From the NCBI GenBank assembly GCA_963555815.3, contig CAUVWX020000001.1, positions 608,001 through 672,000 of the forward strand: a stretch of DNA of 64,000 bases. The letters are read 5' to 3'. A program made the translations under genes and the position numbers. Source of the stretch: a bacterium (GTDB taxonomy: Bacteria > UBA8248 > JACPRG01 > G963555815). Below, piece after piece: positions 58,986 to 64,000 of this stretch (within the stretch, counting starts at the first letter, position 1; every line of letters begins with the position of its first letter). The notes under the pieces are model-generated. The model ran no database searches, was not told the origin of the DNA, and was given only the letters and a program-made list of their open reading frames with translations.

Positions 58986-59107
58986 CTTCCTCCCCTCCTC
59001 TCGCTCGGTTTCCCCTTAAGCCACCTTTCGAACCCCCCCATCCCGGTCTTCCATCATCCGGATCCTGTCAGATTCACCCCCCCCCCTCTGCCGAGCGCGC
59101 ATCGCCT

Positions 59108-59926
59108 TCACGGGCTCACCGGGTGGGCGCAGCGGAATCCTATGTCGGGGTGGCGGTTGTCAGGTAGAAAGGACGCCCGATTGGCAGTCCGGACAAAGGC
59201 TTGGTCGTAGCCCCAGCTCCCGCCGCGGATAACCCGGGCTTCGCCTTCTTCCGGGCCGGGGGGATCTCGCTCCGGCGCTCTTTGATAGTAGTCCGCCTCA
59301 TACCAGTCGGCCACCCACTCCCAGGCGTTTCCCGACATGTCGAGAACCCCATAGGGACTGGCGCCGGCAGGATAGCTCCCGGGCGAGGACGAACGCCCCA
59401 GATCACTCTCAAGAGAGTTCAGGCGAAGAGGGTCGAATTGATTTCCCCAAGGATACAAGCGGCTGTCTGTCCCCCGCGCGGCCTTCTCCCACTCGGCCTC
59501 GGTCGGAAGCCTCTTTCCCACTCCCCTGCAATGCGACGAGGCTTCATCCCAGGTGACCTCCGTGGCCGGCAGCTTCGCACCACCAGGGGGAACCGTTCGC
59601 CCTACGAGGGAGGTGAATTTTTCCCACGTGACCTCCTCGCGGTCGATGAGGAAAGCTGAAATATGGACGAGGTGGGCGGGAATCTCATCCTCAAAAGAAA
59701 GAGAAGCCTCGGGGTGAGCCTCTCGCGCCGCCGTCAGCGCCTCCTGGGTTTCAGCCTCTTGGCTCCCCATTAAAAAGGGTCCGGCTGGGATCAGGACCAT
59801 AGAGGCCATGTCCACCCCGACGGATTCTTGTCCCTCCTCCGCCCGGGCAGTCTCCGAGGCAAAAAAAGACAAGAGGGCGACCATCCCCAGCGCAAGGAAG
59901 GGCTTGAAAATTTCCCCCCTACTCAC
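59108..59926 (-). CDS. Formylglycine-generating enzyme fold (SUMF1/FGE-sulfatase domain) exported protein
   Basis: F.MGS, RLPTEAEWEKAARG, YPWG, DMSGNAWEW, RGGSW, GFRC. Confidence 0.9.
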   Translation of the reverse strand: MSRGEIFKPFLALGMVALLSFFASETARAEEGQESVGVDMASMVLIPAGPFLMGSQEAETQEALTAAREAHPEASLSFEDEIPAHLVHISAFLIDREEVTWEKFTSLVGRTVPPGGAKLPATEVTWDEASSHCRGVGKRLPTEAEWEKAARGTDSRLYPWGNQFDPLRLNSLESDLGRSSSPGSYPAGASPYGVLDMSGNAWEWVADWYEADYYQRAPERDPPGPEEGEARVIRGGSWGYDQAFVRTANRASFLPDNRHPDIGFRCAHPVSP

Positions 59927-60140
59927 TGGCCTGTCTCTCCTGTCTCCTGAAACTGACCTCCTGGTGGTTGGCGATATACGTGATGACCGTGGGGATTAAA
60001 AAGAAGACGGAGATGAACCATGCCAAGGGGATGGGGGCAAAGGCCGCGACCAGATAGAGGAGGCCTTCACCGACCCCCTTTCGCTTGAGTTGGAAGAGAC
60101 CCGGGACGAGGAGGAGGAGCCAACGGGGAGAATCTCTCAT
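59919..60140 (-). CDS. Small hypothetical membrane protein
   Basis: Hydrophobic 73 aa; PGLFQL..K pattern; overlaps both neighbours in operon fashion. Confidence 0.55.
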   Translation of the reverse strand: MRDSPRWLLLLVPGLFQLKRKGVGEGLLYLVAAFAPIPLAWFISVFFLIPTVITYIANHQEVSFRRQERQASE

Positions 60141-60847
60141 CGCGGCCTGGACAGAAGCTTTTGAACCTTCTGGAGGTCTTCCCAGACAGGCCGTCTCTGA
60201 CCGGGGTTTCTCAAGAGGTAGGCGGGGTGGTAGGTCGGCATCACAGGGATCCCCTGGTACTCTCGGAACTGGCCCCGGATCTTCGAGATCTTCTCCTCGG
60301 TCCGAAGCAGGGTCTGGGCGGCGAACTTCCCCAAGGCGAGGATCGCCTTGGGTTGAATGGACCTGAGCTGGCGGACGAGGAAGGGTTCGCAGGAGATCAC
60401 CTCGTCGGGAAGGGGGTTCCGGTTCTCAGGGGGGCGGCACTTGATGACGTTGCAGATATAGACCTCTTCTCGGCTAAGACCGATGGCCACCAGCATCCGG
60501 TTCAAGAGCTGGCCCGCTCGCCCTACGAAGGGTTCTCCCTGAATGTCTTCGTCCCGCCCCGGGGCCCCACCTACGATGACGAGGTCCGCCCGAGCGCTCC
60601 CGACGCCAAAGACGATGCTCTTTCGCCCCTGGCAGAGGCGACACCTCTGGCAATCGCCAAGGTCAGTCCGGACTTCATGGAGGGTCTCCTGGCGGAGAGC
60701 CGGTTGTCCCTTCGAAGGCATGGAGATCTCCGGGTCTGAGACGAAGCCCTCCACACCGTCCGCCATTTGGTATCCCAGAAAGGTCTTCAGATCGCCCAGG
60801 GCTTCTCGAAGGTTCTTGCGCGCGTCCTGAGGGGGAGGGCCTCCCAC
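60137..60847 (-). CDS. udg: Uracil-DNA glycosylase family 4
   Basis: CQRC.LC, G.APG..ED..G.PFVGRAG, NVIKCRPPENRNP, TYHPAYLLR. Confidence 0.93.
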   Translation of the reverse strand: MGGPPPQDARKNLREALGDLKTFLGYQMADGVEGFVSDPEISMPSKGQPALRQETLHEVRTDLGDCQRCRLCQGRKSIVFGVGSARADLVIVGGAPGRDEDIQGEPFVGRAGQLLNRMLVAIGLSREEVYICNVIKCRPPENRNPLPDEVISCEPFLVRQLRSIQPKAILALGKFAAQTLLRTEEKISKIRGQFREYQGIPVMPTYHPAYLLRNPGQRRPVWEDLQKVQKLLSRPR

Positions 60848-60855
60848 GGTTTCCT

Positions 60856-62112
60856 CTACCCAGCCGCCCGGGGCCTGGTGCGGCCGAAAACCTTTGAAGA
60901 CCGGGCCTCAAAAATCTCTCGCACCCGATCAAGGACGATGTCGGCCAGGGCGGTCTTGGTCAGGGCTGGGGTCTCCGTGCGCCGGCCAGACGCGTCCAAG
61001 AGGAGGGCGCGGGTGACGTCGGCCCCCATGGTTTCCTCCTCCCCTCCGACGGAGTTCGCAACGACGAGATCCAGGTTTTTGGCTTTGAGCTTCGCCGCGG
61101 CATTCTCGGCGGAATTTGAAGTCTCGGCAGCGAAACCGACCAGGACGCGGTTCCCCTTTCTCTGTCCCAACTCAGCCAGAATGTCGGCGGTCCTCTCAAG
61201 GACCAGGGTTGTCTCAGGGGGACCCTTCTGACTCTTTTGGCGGATCGGATCCCGGGGTCGGTAGTCCGAGACAGCCGCCGCCTTGATGACGGCCTGGCAG
61301 TTGTCCAGAGCACGCCACACCGCCTGGCGCATTTCCTCGGCCGTCTCCACCCGGACCACCTCGACGCCGGGGGGATCGGGAAGGGAGGCGGGCCCGCTAA
61401 CCAGGATGACCTCGGCCCCCCGTCTTTGGGCGCAGGCGGCCAGGGCATATCCCATCTTGCCGGAGGAACGGTTCGTCAGGACGCGAACGGCATCCCAGGG
61501 TTCCCGGGTGGGACCTGCGGTCACCAAGATCCTCCTTCCGCGAAGGTCCCCGGAACGCTCAAGGATGGAAGCGGCGGCGGAGAGAATAATCGAAGGCTCG
61601 ACCAGACGCCCTTCCCCCTCGTCCAGGCACGCGAGCTCCCCCGTCTCCGGGTCCAGGATGTGAACACCCCGCTGTCTCAGCCGGGCCAAGTTCTCCTGGA
61701 CCGCTGGATGGCGGAGCATCCATTGATTCATGGCCGGGGCTAAGAGGACAGGGCAGGGAGCCGCCAGAAGACACGTCGTCAAGAAGTCGTCTGCAATCCC
61801 CCGGGCATATTTCCCGATGAGGTTCGCCGTAGCCGGGGCCACCACCACAAGGTCTGCCGCGTCTTTTTCTCCCTCCCCCTGGACCACGTGAATGTGCTCA
61901 AGAGGATCGGCGGGGTTAGGGGGGAAGAGGTCCGTGATGACGGGGTGCCCAGACAGGGTGTGGAAGGTGAGGGGCGTGACGAACTGGGTGGCGTGGGTCG
62001 TCATGACGACCCGGACGTCGGCCCCTCGCTGGGTGAGACCCCTTAACACCTCAACGGCCTTGTAGGCAGCGATTCCACCGCTGACCCCAAGGACGACACG
62101 CTTGTCTTTCAT
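60856..62112 (-). CDS. coaBC: Bifunctional phosphopantothenoylcysteine decarboxylase/synthetase
   Basis: GGIAAYK, APATAN, PAMN, LAC...G.GRL, TAGPTRE, NRSSGKMG, AAVSDY, VGFAAET. Confidence 0.96.
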   Translation of the reverse strand: MKDKRVVLGVSGGIAAYKAVEVLRGLTQRGADVRVVMTTHATQFVTPLTFHTLSGHPVITDLFPPNPADPLEHIHVVQGEGEKDAADLVVVAPATANLIGKYARGIADDFLTTCLLAAPCPVLLAPAMNQWMLRHPAVQENLARLRQRGVHILDPETGELACLDEGEGRLVEPSIILSAAASILERSGDLRGRRILVTAGPTREPWDAVRVLTNRSSGKMGYALAACAQRRGAEVILVSGPASLPDPPGVEVVRVETAEEMRQAVWRALDNCQAVIKAAAVSDYRPRDPIRQKSQKGPPETTLVLERTADILAELGQRKGNRVLVGFAAETSNSAENAAAKLKAKNLDLVVANSVGGEEETMGADVTRALLLDASGRRTETPALTKTALADIVLDRVREIFEARSSKVFGRTRPRAAG

Positions 62113-62158
62113 CTCTGCACCACCTTGTACAAACAATATAGCCCCTGTTCCCTCCAGC

Positions 62159-62770
62159 TCAAGAGGACCCTTTCTGGGAGCTCGATCTCGCGCGGACCCG
62201 ACAGCGCTCGGCCACAATAACAGCCTGAAGCTGGCCCGCCGCTTCCTCCAGGTCCTCGTTCAGAATGGTGTACTCATACTCGCTGATCCACCCCATCTCC
62301 TCACGGGCGAGTTGCAAGCGCCTTTCCAAAACGGCCCCATCCTCCCCCTTTCGCTCTCGCAAGCGCGCCTCCAAGACTTCCAGGGAGGGGGGCTTCACGA
62401 AGATCGTGATGACCTCGGGGAAAAGCTCCCGCACCTTTCTTGCTCCCTGGATCTCGATGGCCAGGATAGTGTCGATTCCCGTCTTCCGGTTGCTCTCCAG
62501 GGGGGGGCGAGGGGTGCCGTAAAGGTGGTCATAGACCTCGACCCACTCGATGAGCCCTCCTGAGGCAACCCGGCCCTGGAAGGCCTCCCGGCTGATGAAC
62601 TCATAATCCACGCCATCCTTTTCTCCTGGACGCGGTGGGCGGGTGGTGCATGAGATAGACCGCTTGAGGTCGGGCAGAGCCCGGACGGCCCGTTCCACCA
62701 AGGAGGTCTTCCCCCCACCGGAGGGGGCGGATATCACGAAGACAAGGCCTTCCCGCTTATTGACAGACAT
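62159..62770 (-). CDS. gmk: Guanylate kinase
   Basis: APSGGGKTS, TTRPPRPGE.DGVDY, YGT, QGA, PPS...LE.RL. Confidence 0.95.
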   Translation of the reverse strand: MSVNKREGLVFVISAPSGGGKTSLVERAVRALPDLKRSISCTTRPPRPGEKDGVDYEFISREAFQGRVASGGLIEWVEVYDHLYGTPRPPLESNRKTGIDTILAIEIQGARKVRELFPEVITIFVKPPSLEVLEARLRERKGEDGAVLERRLQLAREEMGWISEYEYTILNEDLEEAAGQLQAVIVAERCRVRARSSSQKGSS

Positions 62771-62805
62771 CGCTTCGCCTTTGGGACGCAAGGGGCCCAC
62801 AGATT

Positions 62806-63699
62806 TCATTCGAGATTCTGCACCTGCTCCCGGATCTTCTCCAGTTCCCCTTTAACCTCTACCACGTGGGCGGACACGCTGGAGTCCGGGGTTTTGGCCC
62901 CGAGCGTTGAGATCTCTCGATGCATCTCTTGAAGGAGGAAGTCGAGCTTTCGTCCCCCTGGGCTTCCCTGCCCGATCTGGGCCTCAAATTGGGCGATGTG
63001 GCCCATCAGGCGTGTCAATTCCTCGGTGACGTCACTTCGCTGGGTGAGATAGAGGACCTCCTGCTCCAGCCGGCCGGGGTCCAGGTTGGTCTGTCCCTGA
63101 AAAAGTTCCTCAAGACGCTGGCGCAGGCGCTCCCGCCACTGCTCGACCCCTACCGGAGCAGCGGCTTCAATGGCGACGATGAGAGCCTTTGCCGTCGCCA
63201 GACGCGCGCCCACATCTTTCATCAGGGCGGCCCCCTCGTGGCTCCGCATGGACTCCAGGGCACCCAGGGCGCTGTCCAGGGCGGGAAGGAACGTCTCCCA
63301 GGCCCCCTCGGGGTCCAGCTCTTTCTCCTCTAGTGGGAAGATCTCCCGAAGGCGGGCCAGGGTGTCGAGCGTAATCTCCCCGGACAGCTTAAGGGAGTCT
63401 TTCAGGGTCTTGAGGCTCTTCAAGTAGCCCTTCGCCAGGCCAAGGTCAAGCTGGAGGGATCGCTCCTGCGAGAATTCCGGGGAATTGGTGACGAAGACGT
63501 CGAACCTTCCCCGCTCGAACCTCTCCCGGATCCTCTGGCGGATCCGCGATTCGATGGCGGCAAAAGAGCGAGGGGCCTTGATGGAGATATCGAGGTGGCG
63601 GTGATTGACCGAGCGGACCTCTACCGAGAAGGCGCCGCAGGAACTCTGGGCCTGCCCCTTTCCCCATCCTGTCATGCTTCGCCACAGAGCGGCCGTCAG
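62806..63699 (-). CDS. yicC: YicC/YloC family endoribonuclease
   Basis: RSMTG.G, RSVNHR.LD, RG, EEL.RL..H, GRKLDFLLQEM.RE, EKIREQVQNLE; start inferred at CTG 63699 (alternatives ATG 63735 or 63675). Confidence 0.92.
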   Translation of the reverse strand: MTAALWRSMTGWGKGQAQSSCGAFSVEVRSVNHRHLDISIKAPRSFAAIESRIRQRIRERFERGRFDVFVTNSPEFSQERSLQLDLGLAKGYLKSLKTLKDSLKLSGEITLDTLARLREIFPLEEKELDPEGAWETFLPALDSALGALESMRSHEGAALMKDVGARLATAKALIVAIEAAAPVGVEQWRERLRQRLEELFQGQTNLDPGRLEQEVLYLTQRSDVTEELTRLMGHIAQFEAQIGQGSPGGRKLDFLLQEMHREISTLGAKTPDSSVSAHVVEVKGELEKIREQVQNLE

Positions 63700-63777
63700 G
63701 GGTATCCTCCTTTCTCCCTGGTTTAAGTTAATCATTTAAAAACAGTGGGATAGTCAAAGTCAAAGGAAATATTGCCG

Positions 63778-63807
63778 TTGAAAGGCGACTGGCCTAGGCC
63801 GTATACT
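63778..63807 (+). promoter_or_regulatory. sigma70-type promoter
   Basis: TTGAAA-18 nt-TATACT upstream of RBS AAGGAG. Confidence 0.55.
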
Positions 63808-63832
63808 GGTATTGAAAAAGGAGCAGATGGAA

Positions 63833-64000
63833 ATGGATGCCTTTGTGCTGAAGGCCATTGCAGGGGAGTTGGGCCGCGCCTTAAAGGGCGGGGTCATCGA
63901 CAAGGTCCACCAGCCTAACCGGTCGACCATCACCCTTGAACTCCGGGCCCCGTCGGCCAAGGAGGACAAAATGGGCCTCCCCAGGGTCGGCAACCACTAC
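63833..64000 (+). CDS. NFACT/RqcH (FbpA-like) family protein, N-terminus only (runs off window)
   Basis: Hand translation MDAFVLKAIAGELGRALKGGVIDKVHQPNRSTITLELR resembles the NFACT-N start. Confidence 0.75.
   Translation, partial: MDAFVLKAIAGELGRALKGGVIDKVHQPNRSTITLELRAPSAKEDKMGLPRVGNHY

Noticed and set aside
63760..63993. Minus-strand 77-aa ORF at the window end
   Set aside because: The opposite strand has a promoter, RBS and NFACT-like N-terminus

Overview
GC-rich (by eye) bacterial chromosomal segment, probably from a diderm and probably near the replication origin: it carries rpmH-rnpA-yidD-yidC-jag-rsmG-parA-parB with a near-perfect parS site, but no dnaA. Most genes are housekeeping: amgK/murU-like recycling pair, leuCD-like dehydratase, a full A1-type cytochrome c oxidase operon with heme O/A synthases, gap-pgk-tpiA-secG, peptide ABC genes, tRNA-Leu(GAG), gpsA, purE, tsaC, rarA, udg, coaBC, gmk, yicC and the start of an NFACT/RqcH gene. 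The ORF track misses or splits several things. (1) Two genes have an in-frame TGA at a catalytic Cys position followed by a SECIS-like hairpin, so they are likely selenoproteins: an AhpD/CMD-family protein (CHYU) and a TlpA-like thioredoxin (UPYC). The second lies with ccdA and a putative Cu-binding protein directly upstream of the oxidase operon. (2) The AhpD-like gene has a consensus promoter and a structured ~170-nt leader with hammerhead-like core motifs. (3) An apparently inserted cassette (MerT-like CC membrane protein, Tes/MJ0619-family radical SAM enzyme, methyltransferase) follows a truncated cydA remnant. (4) There are further gene remnants, a homopolymer-frameshifted secreted protein and the unlisted rpmH. 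No CRISPR array, transposase or integrase was seen. All family calls come from motif recognition by eye, not from database searches.
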